NCBI GenBank assembly: GCA_022821875.1
Contig: JAJECV010000111.1
Span: forward strand, 5,072 to 69,071
Origin: Rhodothermales bacterium
Lineage (GTDB): Bacteria; Bacteroidota; Rhodothermia; Rhodothermales; Bin80
Direction: 5' to 3'
DNA length: 64,000 bases
A program made the position numbers and the translations under genes. This document shows, one piece after another, positions 10,198 through 19,671 of this stretch. The notes below the pieces were generated by a model. It did not search any database. It saw nothing but the letters and a program-made list of their open reading frames with translations, and had not been told where the DNA came from. Positions within the stretch are counted from its first letter, which is position 1. Every line of letters begins with the position of its first letter.

Positions 10198-11655
10198 ATG
10201 AACAGCTCATTGAATCCCGGATTTTTGGCAGAACTTGCACAGCAGGCCAGTGCACTTGATCCCACTCAGGAGGAGCTGGAAGAGCTCTTCACGAAAACAG
10301 GGAATTACGCCCGGCAGCACCTTGCAACGGTACGTGAAACTCCTGCCTATGTAAAATCGAAGGAGCGGAGTGTGGGATTATTGTCCTCCCCCATCGGTGA
10401 GGAAGGGATTTCATTGGATGAGGCGCTGCAACTTCTGTATGATTTTGTCGACCATGAGGGCCTTAACTCGGGATCTCCCCGATACCTTGGCTATATTCCG
10501 TCCGGGGGGCTGGTACACTCTGCGTTTGGGGATTTTCTTGCAGCAGTTGGTGGGCGATATGCTGGCGTGTTCCATTCTTCTCCCGGTGCTGTTCGCATGG
10601 AAAATATGCTGATTCGCTGGATGGCTCAGATTGTGGGCTATCCCAGAGGTGCCGGCGGCTATCTCGCATCGGGTGGAAGCATCGCCAATTTATCGGCGGT
10701 CATTACTGCACGGGAAGCATCAGGGCTCCGCGGTGCCGATTATGATCGTGCGGTGATTTATATGACCGCACACACCCACCACTGTGTGGACAAAGCCCTC
10801 CGAATTGCAGGAATGGGAAGTTCAATACGCCGCAGGGTTGCAGAAGACGGTCATTGCCGCATGTCACCTGACGCACTTGAGAAAACCATTGTGGCCGATA
10901 AGGCATCCGGGCTGAACCCGTGGCTGATTGTTGGTTCCGCAGGGACCACCAACACGGGAACCGTGGATCCTCTAAGTGAGATTGCCTCTATTGCCCGTTC
11001 GCATCATTTATGGTTTCATGTTGATGGTGCGTACGGTGCTTTTTTTGCACTCTGCCCAGAGGGGCAGGAGGTTCTTTCCGGGATCAATCAATCCAATTCT
11101 TTGGTGCTGGATCCTCATAAAACGCTATTCCTGCCGTTTGGCACAGGTGCGCTTTTGGTACGTGATCAGGAATTTCTTGGGCCTGCCCATGGTGGTCGAG
11201 GGGAGTACATGCTGGACATGGATTCGGATGCTCATGAACTATCTCCGGCGTATCTGTCTCCCGAATTATCCAAGCATTTTCGCGGGCTTCGTATGTGGCT
11301 GCCACTCAAACTATTGGGGGTTGCACCGTTCCGTGCGGCTTTGTCAGAGAAGATACATCTGGCCAGATATGCATATGAGCGTCTGAGGGAATTTGAGGGA
11401 TTTCAGGTTGGTTCGTACCCTGATTTATCTATTGTAACGTTCCGATACGTTCCTGAGAAAGGAGACGCGAACGAATTCAATCTTGCTTTGGTGAATCGTT
11501 TACATCAGGATGGCCGGGCTTTCTTAACCTCCACGCGAATTCGGGGAACCATTGTCTTGCGCTTAGCGATTGTGTCATTCCGGACGCATCTGGAGGACAT
11601 CAACGAAACGCTTGAGATCCTGTGTGATCATGTGAATGCTCTGAAAGAGAAGTGA
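10198..11655 (+). CDS. Group II PLP-dependent (aromatic/glutamate-type) amino acid decarboxylase
   Basis: SGGSIANL, AGTTNTGTVD, WFHVDGAYG, DPHK PLP lysine. Start could also be 10144. Confidence 0.9.
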   Translation: MNSSLNPGFLAELAQQASALDPTQEELEELFTKTGNYARQHLATVRETPAYVKSKERSVGLLSSPIGEEGISLDEALQLLYDFVDHEGLNSGSPRYLGYIPSGGLVHSAFGDFLAAVGGRYAGVFHSSPGAVRMENMLIRWMAQIVGYPRGAGGYLASGGSIANLSAVITAREASGLRGADYDRAVIYMTAHTHHCVDKALRIAGMGSSIRRRVAEDGHCRMSPDALEKTIVADKASGLNPWLIVGSAGTTNTGTVDPLSEIASIARSHHLWFHVDGAYGAFFALCPEGQEVLSGINQSNSLVLDPHKTLFLPFGTGALLVRDQEFLGPAHGGRGEYMLDMDSDAHELSPAYLSPELSKHFRGLRMWLPLKLLGVAPFRAALSEKIHLARYAYERLREFEGFQVGSYPDLSIVTFRYVPEKGDANEFNLALVNRLHQDGRAFLTSTRIRGTIVLRLAIVSFRTHLEDINETLEILCDHVNALKEK

Positions 11656-11846
11656 CCACACCGAGGCTTTAATATCTTGGTAAAACTCGGTTGAGCAGGT
11701 ACAGTGAGTATCGGTGCAGGGGTTTTCAGGAACTCTTGCGGGTAACTGTAAAGTGCCACCGGTCGGATTTCGCTGGACAAAATAAAAGAGTTCCAGTCTG
11801 CATCATAGATCTTCTGACGCAAAGAGGATCTTTTTGTCGTCTGTTC

Positions 11847-12113
11847 TTATTGCTCAGCGAAGAAGGTGGCATAGACCAAGATGAGTAAGATTGATCCACC
11901 GAATAGCCCGATCATCCATATCAATATACTGTACTTGCTGTTTTGGGCATCCAGCTTTGCATTTGTAGATTCGGTGAATGTATCCAACTTTGCATTTGTG
12001 GATTCGGTGAATGAAGAGATCCCCGCGCTAAGAATTTCGAGCCTCGCCAGCACGGCTTCCTTGAACCCTTCCATTTGGGCTCCGAATTGGGAAATGTTGT
12101 TAACTCCTAACAT
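11847..12113 (-). CDS. Short coiled-coil protein with C-terminal TM helix, array copy D (N-truncated)
   Basis: 88 aa; near-identical to neighbouring copies; 11-aa ESTNAKLD repeats, hydrophobic C-terminus. Confidence 0.65.
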   Translation of the reverse strand: MLGVNNISQFGAQMEGFKEAVLARLEILSAGISSFTESTNAKLDTFTESTNAKLDAQNSKYSILIWMIGLFGGSILLILVYATFFAEQ

Positions 12114-12190
12114 GGTGTAGTGGGGCAGTTGGTCAGATTTCTGAAACCATCAATATTTTCTAATTGATCGAGACCGCGCCACTGTTACTA

Positions 12191-12457
12191 TTATTGTTCA
12201 GCGAAGAAGGTGGCATAGACCAAGATGAGCAAGATTGATCCACCGAATAGCCCGATCATCCATATTAATATATTGTACTTGCTGTTTTGGGCATCCAACT
12301 TTGCATTTGTAGATTCGGTGAACGCATCCATCTTAGCATTTGTGGATTCAGTGAACGAAGCGATCCCCGCACTAAGAATTTCGAGCCTCGCCAGCACGGC
12401 TTCCTTGAACCCTTCCATTTGGGCTCCGAATTGGGAAATGTTGTTAATTCCCGACAT
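12191..12457 (-). CDS. Short coiled-coil protein with C-terminal TM helix, array copy C (N-truncated)
   Basis: 88 aa paralog exactly 344 bp from copy D. Confidence 0.65.
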   Translation of the reverse strand: MSGINNISQFGAQMEGFKEAVLARLEILSAGIASFTESTNAKMDAFTESTNAKLDAQNSKYNILIWMIGLFGGSILLILVYATFFAEQ

Positions 12458-12534
12458 GGTGTAATGGGGCAGTTGGTCAGATTTCTGAAACCATCAATAT
12501 TTTCTAATTGATTGAGACCGCGCCACTGTTACTA

Positions 12535-12801
12535 TTATTGTTCAGCAAAGAAGGTGGCATAGACCAAGATGAGCAAGATTGATCCACCGAATAGCCCAAT
12601 CATCCATATTAATATATTGTACTTGCTGTTTTGGGCATCCATCTTTGTATCTATAGATTCGGAGAACGCATCCAACTTTGCATTTGTGGATTCAGTGAAC
12701 GAAGCGATCCCCGCATTAAGAATTTCGAGCCTCGCCAGCACGGCTTCCTTGAACCCTTCCATTTGGGCTCCGAATTGAGAAATGTTGTTAATTCCTGACA
12801 T
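12535..12801 (-). CDS. Short coiled-coil protein with C-terminal TM helix, array copy B (N-truncated)
   Basis: 88 aa from ATG at 12801; exactly 344 bp from copy C. Confidence 0.65.
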   Translation of the reverse strand: MSGINNISQFGAQMEGFKEAVLARLEILNAGIASFTESTNAKLDAFSESIDTKMDAQNSKYNILIWMIGLFGGSILLILVYATFFAEQ

Positions 12802-12881
12802 GGTGTAATGGGGCAGTTGGTCAGATTTTTCAAAACATAAACATCGCCTAATCAATCAAGGCCACACCACCGTTACTATTA

Positions 12882-13292
12882 TTATTCAGCAAAGAAGGTG
12901 GCATAGGTCAGGATAAGTGAGATTAATCCACCGAATAGACCAATCATCCATAGTAATATATTGTACTTGCTGTTTTGGGCATCCAACTTTGCATTTGTGG
13001 ATTCGTTAAGCGCGTCCATCTTTGTATTTGTAGACTCGGTGAGCGCATCTATCTTTATATTTGTAGATTCGGTGAGCGCATCTATCTTTATATTTGTAGA
13101 TTCGAGCCTCGCTAATACGGCTTCCTTGAAGCCTTCCATTTGGGCTCCGAACTGAGAAATGTTGTTAATTCCTGACATGGTGTAAATATCGTTGGTTGCT
13201 TCATGAACTTCGTCTATAGACACTTCTTCTCCCTCCGTTAATTTCCGAAAAAAAGAGAAGAGACGTACCGTTTCCGGTCGTTGTTCCGACAT
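12882..13292 (-). CDS. Coiled-coil protein with 11-aa repeats and C-terminal TM helix (DUF1640/CCDC90/Bdr-like architecture), full-length copy A
   Basis: 136 aa; 38 extra N-terminal residues; four ESTNxKxDA hendecad repeats; TM LLWMIGLFGGLISLILTYATFF. Confidence 0.75.
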   Translation of the reverse strand: MSEQRPETVRLFSFFRKLTEGEEVSIDEVHEATNDIYTMSGINNISQFGAQMEGFKEAVLARLESTNIKIDALTESTNIKIDALTESTNTKMDALNESTNAKLDAQNSKYNILLWMIGLFGGLISLILTYATFFAE

Positions 13293-14089
13293 GTTCTTCA
13301 GATAGTAAGGTTTGTTGAAAACTGGATTTTAGCCGTTTCCGGCAGAGCCATTGGCGAACTTTCGCTTTAGTTCTCACCTTACGACATAAAAATCCGGGGG
13401 TTCCAGAAAGATCCTTTTTTCGCAATATCAGAGGAATATAAGCACTACGAAGGGAAAATTGCCACACCGTTTGCACCTATCCGTCCAAAGTGCACTTCGC
13501 TCAATTCGGATGATCTCCGAGAGGGCATCCGCCTTTCCTGTGAATCCGCCAAGACCTAGTTCCGGAATCGTCCATATATGAACCTGGAGCAGTTGCAGCC
13601 GAAATCCATCTAATTCAACAGGTTCATCCGTCTCTTTCGCATCCAGTCTTGACAAAGAGCAATCAGCATTTCATTTGACCTCAAAACCCCGTTACGTCTC
13701 TGCAAAACCAATGGAGGATTCGCTTAGAGGAGCGCGTAATCGCCGCTTTCCAGGGCATCCCCACAGATCCGAAAACATCAATGCTGACACCAGCCCTCAC
13801 ACCTGATGGCGAGGAGTCAACCGATCATTTGAACCGCGGATCGTACGTTTCCGTCACGATTACAGTCAAAGGGGAACCCGCTTTCGTGCCAAAAATATCA
13901 GCGGATGGATCAATCGTAATGTTGGTCAGTTTGAAAGTCAAAGATCCGTAAATATGCACCCTGCTCATCCGCATGTTGCCTGCGGGGGATCTGTGGTTTC
14001 GGCTGAGTAGAAGCGGACCAGCTTCGTCATTGACGATTCTGACAGATGTCTTTACCTTTAAAGCTTACTTGAGGGTCGGAGACAGTGAA

Positions 14090-14455
14090 ATGTTGAACAT
14101 GAAGTTTTCCCGCCGGAAGGCATCCGTTTTATTGGCAGGTGTACTTATCGTAGGAGGCTTGTTTTCGCCTCTGACGCATCTGGTGTACATGGCTGCAAGC
14201 GATATGTATGCCCCGATGCATGGGGCAAGCCATAAAACGGCCCACGGAGAAGGTTATCAAGATGCGCATGAGGGGCATGATGCATGTCCATATCTGGCAC
14301 TCTTTGCTGTGCCCCTGATTGGGGATCTTGCACAACCCGTTACTTCTCCAACGTATGACCCGGTTGCCGAGACGCTTGTTCAACATACTGCGACTCAGTG
14401 GCAGCCCGCCCCCTCCAAATCCCATCTGGCCCGAGGCCCTCCGCACAATTCGTGA
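14090..14455 (+). CDS. DUF2946-like leader protein with His-rich segment and C-terminal RGPP motif
   Basis: N-terminal hydrophobic segment, MHGASHKTAHGEGYQDAHEGHDAC, ends LARGPPHNS; first gene of a metal-uptake operon. Confidence 0.75.
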   Translation: MLNMKFSRRKASVLLAGVLIVGGLFSPLTHLVYMAASDMYAPMHGASHKTAHGEGYQDAHEGHDACPYLALFAVPLIGDLAQPVTSPTYDPVAETLVQHTATQWQPAPSKSHLARGPPHNS

Positions 14456-14595
14456 CCTGCGAATTGGATCTTCAGATTTGTGCAGAAGGTCTACGCACAT
14501 TCTGTATTAGTTGTCTTCGTCCACCGGTACGTGATTTCGAGCATCCGCTTGTTTGAAAGTACCCTTGCAGGTCATTGTACCCAGCTTTGCTTGAG

Positions 14596-14613
14596 CGCAC
14601 CGAATTCGGTGCG
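14596..14613. promoter_or_regulatory. Perfect 18-bp palindrome CGCACCGAATTCGGTGCG upstream of the mbnP-like gene
   Basis: Directly visible; ~40 bp upstream of ATG 14653. Function unproven. Confidence 0.5.
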
Positions 14614-14652
14614 AAGTACGAATTGTGCACACTTTAACAATTGACCGAACGA

Positions 14653-15510
14653 ATGAACTACCGGAATAACATCTTTATCGCAGTAAACCTGATGGTATTG
14701 TTTCTGGTCGGGTGTGATGCGGCGACCTCGGATACCGGGAGCACCACTCTGACCCTGAACCTGAATGCCCAGGTCAACGGGAAGCCGCTCTCGACAGATC
14801 CTGGCACCACCTTTGACGTGAACGGAACCCTGATCTCCTTTGAATCCGTACGAATGTACATCTCGGAAATCACCCTGATCAACAGCAACGGGGATCCTGT
14901 ATCCATTTTGGGTGACGGTTTGACGGTCCCCGCAAAAAACGAAGATGATGAAGACATCTCCCATACCGTCCAGGATCACATTGTTCTTGTAAAGCAGGAC
15001 GCGGGGATAGATTCATACGATCTTGGCACCTGGCCGGCAGGGAAATATGAGAAAATCCACTTTAAGATTGGCATCGCTGGCACGAATAACCGCATTGATC
15101 CGTCTCAGGTGCCCGCAGGTCATCCGTTAGCCAAACAGACAGACTACAATAATCACTGGAACTGGAATGCCGGGTACCTCTACCTCCGAATAGATGGAAA
15201 AGTAGATACCGACGGTGACGCTGTCCCGGACGATGAATGGGCCGTACATCTAGGTACAGAGCGGTTCCTCAGGCAAGTCATGGTTACCCACGACCTGATC
15301 CTTGAGGCGGATCAGCCTGGAATCCTTGACCTCAGTATTGATTACGGGGAGTTTTTGCGCAATGTAGATCTGTCTGATCCAGATCAGCGGATTTGTCATA
15401 CCATGAATAATCTTCCTGTCGCAAATGCCGTGGCGAATCAAATTTCCTCTGCGTTTTCGATCAGTACCGATAGAAAGAGGACGGGGGGCAGCACATCTGC
15501 TGATGGTTAA
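14653..15510 (+). CDS. MbnP-family lipoprotein
   Basis: Lipobox FLVGC; HPL..NNHWNWNAGYLYLRIDG (WxW motif); followed by a di-heme peroxidase. Confidence 0.82.
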   Translation: MNYRNNIFIAVNLMVLFLVGCDAATSDTGSTTLTLNLNAQVNGKPLSTDPGTTFDVNGTLISFESVRMYISEITLINSNGDPVSILGDGLTVPAKNEDDEDISHTVQDHIVLVKQDAGIDSYDLGTWPAGKYEKIHFKIGIAGTNNRIDPSQVPAGHPLAKQTDYNNHWNWNAGYLYLRIDGKVDTDGDAVPDDEWAVHLGTERFLRQVMVTHDLILEADQPGILDLSIDYGEFLRNVDLSDPDQRICHTMNNLPVANAVANQISSAFSISTDRKRTGGSTSADG

Positions 15511-15554
15511 GCCCTGTGATCTGGCAGTGGGAATACAAGATCGGCTAGAACCCC

Positions 15555-16565
15555 ATGGAGATGTCTGCCCATAACTGTAGACTCGTTTTTGTTGTGCTGG
15601 CTGTATCGGGCTGTGCACCACCGGATTCAACTTCGGAAGAGCAGTTGCGTCCGGTGGTGCCGGGCGGGTTTGATTCTGTTCCCGTTCCGGTTCACAACCC
15701 CCTCACCAGAAACAAAGTCCTTTTGGGGCAGCAGTTGTTTTTTGATCCGATCCTTTCGCTTGACAGTACGGTTTCCTGTGCAACCTGTCATCGCCCGGAC
15801 GCTTTCTTTGCAGATGGAAAGGCGGTGAGCCGCGGAGTTGGAGGGCGGCCCGGAACACGAAATACCCCGTCTCTGCTTAATATCGCCTACCATCAGTTGT
15901 TCTTCTGGGATGGAGGCAGTATTACTCTGGAACATCAGGTATTCGGTCCGCTCCAGAATCCAGCCGAAATGGCACTAGACCTTGCATCTGTGCTGCAGCG
16001 ACTCGAATCTATTCCGACGTATCGGGAAGCATTTGAGGAACTATTTGATGAGGCTCCGAGCCTGCGGGGATTAACTCAGGCGCTCGGGGCCTATCAGCGA
16101 ACTCTGCTCAGTGGTGGTGCACGCTATGACCGCTATAAAGCAGGCGATCAGACAGCACTTTCCCCCGCCGAAACACGAGGCTATAAACTGTTTAAAGGAA
16201 AAGCCGGGTGTTTGCACTGCCATCATGGATTCCTCCTTACCAGTCTCAGGTTCGAGAATAACGGAATTGCGATCAGCAAAGAAGATTCCGGGCGCGCCCG
16301 TGTGACCGGCCTGAAAGAAGATTATGGAAAATTTAAAGTACCCTCCCTGCGCAATGTTGCGCAAACGGCCCCCTACATGCATAACGGGGGGATGGCAACC
16401 TTATCGGAGGTGATTGATCATTACGATCAGGGGGGAAGGGAGGTACGCGGAAAGAGTCCATTGATTCAACCGCTGGGCCTGAAGGAAGAGGAACAGGCAG
16501 ATCTGGAAGCATTTCTGCATGCGCTCACTGACACCACCGTTTTAGCAGGAATTGAAGGGCCATGA
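15555..16565 (+). CDS. Di-heme cytochrome c peroxidase/MauG family (MbnH-like)
   Basis: LGQQLFFDPILS, CATCH, RNTPSL, FWDG, CLHCH, FKVPSLRN, PYMHNG. Confidence 0.92.
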   Translation: MEMSAHNCRLVFVVLAVSGCAPPDSTSEEQLRPVVPGGFDSVPVPVHNPLTRNKVLLGQQLFFDPILSLDSTVSCATCHRPDAFFADGKAVSRGVGGRPGTRNTPSLLNIAYHQLFFWDGGSITLEHQVFGPLQNPAEMALDLASVLQRLESIPTYREAFEELFDEAPSLRGLTQALGAYQRTLLSGGARYDRYKAGDQTALSPAETRGYKLFKGKAGCLHCHHGFLLTSLRFENNGIAISKEDSGRARVTGLKEDYGKFKVPSLRNVAQTAPYMHNGGMATLSEVIDHYDQGGREVRGKSPLIQPLGLKEEEQADLEAFLHALTDTTVLAGIEGP

Positions 16566-17350
16566 TCAGAATTCTCCTGGTTATTGTTTGCTTTCTGACA
16601 GGGTGTGCACCGAGCATCACAGACACCGATTTTTTTCGGGAGCATCCCACTGATTCCGAGGACACATCGGTAGAGTTGGCCGTAATCAAGGATGGGCGAC
16701 TTTCCATTAATTTGATGGCCCCCGACTCCCTTCGTTTGGGGGCGAGTATTCTCTGGGTGGAAGCCGCTGTAGATGGAGTGCCCGCTTCGGACGGCGACTT
16801 TAGGGTTCTCTCAAAATGGGCGGCCGGAGCGCAAACGGTTTCCTCCCCCCTGGGAGCCGTGAAGCTTGTTCGCACCGATAGACCGGGCCGCTTTGAAGGG
16901 GCTCCGCTGTTCATTGCCCCGCATGGCGAAGAAGGGTACTGGCAACTGCAAATCACCTATGCCGCCAGTGGAGAATCAGGAGAGGCGGTGCTCCCTGTTG
17001 AGATACAGTCATCTATATGGGTGCAGTACACGGATGGATATTACGTATCGTGGGTACGGCCCGTTCATCCGGTGACGGGACTTGATGTGATTGAATTTGC
17101 CCTTCATCGCCTGGTTGATGAGCAGTTTCTTCCTCTGGAGGATGCCGGGATTGATCTGTTCCCGTGGATGGATATGGGGGCCGGGCAAGGTCACAGTACC
17201 CCGTATGAAGCCCCCGTGCATGTACACCACGGACGGTACCGGGGATCGGTGAATTTTATTATGTCCGGCGGATGGGAAATGACCGTGTTTATTCAGCGTG
17301 CAGGTGCGGTGCAGGATACCGTATACTTCAAGGGTTTTACGGTATCCTGA
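16562..17350 (+). CDS. Lipoprotein with FixH/YtkA-like domain
   Basis: Lipobox FLTGC; PWMDMGAGQGHS and YRGSVNFIMSGGW typical of YtkA-like domains. Confidence 0.7.
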   Translation: MIRILLVIVCFLTGCAPSITDTDFFREHPTDSEDTSVELAVIKDGRLSINLMAPDSLRLGASILWVEAAVDGVPASDGDFRVLSKWAAGAQTVSSPLGAVKLVRTDRPGRFEGAPLFIAPHGEEGYWQLQITYAASGESGEAVLPVEIQSSIWVQYTDGYYVSWVRPVHPVTGLDVIEFALHRLVDEQFLPLEDAGIDLFPWMDMGAGQGHSTPYEAPVHVHHGRYRGSVNFIMSGGWEMTVFIQRAGAVQDTVYFKGFTVS

Positions 17351-19599
17351 TGCGTCTAGTCAGAAATTTCTGGATCTGGTGTCTGTTGCCTGTGTGCATT
17401 GGACCCGCGCAGGCGCAGTATATCGTTCATGGGCATGTGGTGGACGCGTTGACCGGCACGGCGATTGGGTCTGCGTCCGTCATGGTTTTAGATCGTGGAA
17501 CCGGTACGACGACCAATGGGAGTGGTCATTTTGAATTGGCTCTGCCGGAGGGTGAGTATGAACTTCGCATCTCTTTTGTTGGATATACGCCCGCCGAATT
17601 CACAGTTTCTGCCGGATCGGCCTCTCAGGATCATTTAAGAATTTCTCTTATGCCTGCGGTCATTGCGGTGGATGAAGTTGTGGTGCAGAGCAGTGCTCCG
17701 CGAATTAATGATCCTGCAACTGCCTCGCATCATCTGAAAGCAACCGAGGATCTGTTGGATCGCGTACCCGGTACAGATTTTGTTCAGCGTGCCAATTTTG
17801 CATGGGAACCAGTCATCCGGGGGCTCAGCGGAGGGCAGGTTGGACTTGTGATTGACGGGATCAAGGTGGTTGGGGCATGTGTGGATAAGATGGACCCGTC
17901 CTCGTCTTATGTCGAAGTGGAAAACTTGAAAAAACTGGAACTCACCAAAGGGGGTTTTGATTTGACCCAGGCCTCCCAGATCGGCGGCACGATCAATCTG
18001 ATTACCCGGAAACCCCGCTTTGATCGTCCCCTTTATGCCGATGCAGACCTAAACTACAGTTCTGCCGCAAAACTGCGTCAGGGGCGTTTATCCGGTGGGG
18101 GCTCTCACAAAAATACCAGTGTTCGGGGCAGCTTTTCCTACAAAGAGGCGGGAGATTTTAGTCCAGGAGGCCAGAATCCCGTTCCGGGTTCCGGTTTCAA
18201 AAAGAACAATTACAAATTAGATCTATCTCAGCGGGTTGGTCGGCAGCATGAATTCACCGCATCCTTCCTGGGAGACAATGCATGGGAGGTGGGCTATCCT
18301 GTTCTGTTAATGGATGCCGCGCTGGCAAAAGCCAAAATCTATAGTTTAACCTACGTCTGGACTCCCGGGCTGCATTGGATCTCAAGGTGGGAGACCAAGT
18401 TCTACACCAACCGGGTAGATCACTGGATGAGTGATTTTGACCGGAATGTCCGGGAGCGCCCGGTCATGCGTGCCATGCACATGCCAATGTTTGGAAAGAC
18501 GAGAACGACCGGTGGATTGAGTACACTGGAACTGGCACATGGAGTACACCGGTTTAAGGTTACACTGGATGCCTATCAGACCAAAAGCTTTGGAGATATG
18601 TGGATGTTCAGCGTATTTGAGGATATCCCGGACATGTATCTGCTGAATCTGGGAGATGTCCGGGTGCGCCATGGAGCAGTTGCACTGGATCTCACTTCAC
18701 GACTGCGACCGGGTTTGACTGCACGCATAGGGGTACGTCTGGATCATTCCCCTCGTGATGTGTCACGTGATGAAGCGGTGGCTGTACTGCAGGGGCGCTG
18801 GAATATCAGTACACTTGCACGGTCGTATACCCTTGCAGGGGCAAGTTTCAGCCTCACCAGATCCACCGGATCCGAAAATCTGCTGCGACTTTCATTGGCC
18901 AATGTCGGCCGCCTCCCTACCCACGTAGAAAATTATGGATACTATGTCTACAATTATGTTGACGGGTATTTCTATACCGGCAACCCTGCACTGAAACCGG
19001 AGAGAAGTACGCAGGCTGAATTGGGATTTGAGCGGTGGACCTCCCGTTTGGCGCTCCGGGCCAGCGTCTTCGGGAATTACATCCAGCACTACATCGCTGG
19101 CGAAAATGATGGAGGCCTGTCAGGCAATACGACACTGAGGTTCAGAACCTATCAGAATGCATCGGCCGTGCTGCTTCTGGGTGGAGAACTGAGTGCGGTC
19201 GCAGATTTCAGGAAATGGTTTGAGTGGACGGCCTCCGCCTCCTATACACATGGGCAGAACCTTGAACTGGACGAGCCCATGTATCTAATCCCTCCACTTA
19301 GCGGCGGGTCTAGTCTTCGTGTTATGCGTGACCGGTGGTCCAGTGAACTGGAGATCCGTATGGCGATGCCCCAGAACCGGGTGGCTCAAAAACTGGCAGA
19401 CGAAGATGTAACCGACGGTTACTTTATTGTGAATGTTCGAGGAAGGATGCAACCCGGTTCCGGTGCGGTGTCTAGACACATGGAGATCAGTGCAGGAGTC
19501 AACAATATATTTGATGTGTACTATCACAAACACCTTAGTTATGGAAATCTCCCCAGTCTGGGCCGTGATCTCTACCTGACCGTTACGTATTCCCTGTAG
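17350..19599 (+). CDS. TonB-dependent receptor, copper-receptor (OprC-like) plug motif
   Basis: CarboxypepD_reg-like N-domain, PVIRG, GACVDKMDP, LKPERS, GVNNIFD, terminal TVTYSL; ATG overlaps upstream TGA. Confidence 0.9.
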   Translation: MRLVRNFWIWCLLPVCIGPAQAQYIVHGHVVDALTGTAIGSASVMVLDRGTGTTTNGSGHFELALPEGEYELRISFVGYTPAEFTVSAGSASQDHLRISLMPAVIAVDEVVVQSSAPRINDPATASHHLKATEDLLDRVPGTDFVQRANFAWEPVIRGLSGGQVGLVIDGIKVVGACVDKMDPSSSYVEVENLKKLELTKGGFDLTQASQIGGTINLITRKPRFDRPLYADADLNYSSAAKLRQGRLSGGGSHKNTSVRGSFSYKEAGDFSPGGQNPVPGSGFKKNNYKLDLSQRVGRQHEFTASFLGDNAWEVGYPVLLMDAALAKAKIYSLTYVWTPGLHWISRWETKFYTNRVDHWMSDFDRNVRERPVMRAMHMPMFGKTRTTGGLSTLELAHGVHRFKVTLDAYQTKSFGDMWMFSVFEDIPDMYLLNLGDVRVRHGAVALDLTSRLRPGLTARIGVRLDHSPRDVSRDEAVAVLQGRWNISTLARSYTLAGASFSLTRSTGSENLLRLSLANVGRLPTHVENYGYYVYNYVDGYFYTGNPALKPERSTQAELGFERWTSRLALRASVFGNYIQHYIAGENDGGLSGNTTLRFRTYQNASAVLLLGGELSAVADFRKWFEWTASASYTHGQNLELDEPMYLIPPLSGGSSLRVMRDRWSSELEIRMAMPQNRVAQKLADEDVTDGYFIVNVRGRMQPGSGAVSRHMEISAGVNNIFDVYYHKHLSYGNLPSLGRDLYLTVTYSL

Positions 19600-19671
19600 C
19601 GTCATCCGGCTGCCAGTTGCCGATGACATGGTTTTGCACAGGTTTGTTCAGGCGGAGATGGCGAGACTTTG

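Larger units (their letters stand above)
11847..13185. repeat. Tandem ~344-bp direct repeat array (gene body plus ~80-bp spacer)
   Basis: Stop codons at 11847, 12191, 12535, 12882; spacer tggggcagttggtcagattt repeated three times. Confidence 0.95.

Noticed and set aside
11847-13292. Tandem array as CRISPR or DGR template/variable repeats
   Set aside because: Units are 344-bp coding duplicates without unique spacers; no cas or reverse transcriptase in the window; differences are not confined to adenines.
13428-13976. Possible decayed gene on the minus strand between the array and the copper operon
   Set aside because: Frames are interrupted and no family motif is recognisable; needs BLASTx.
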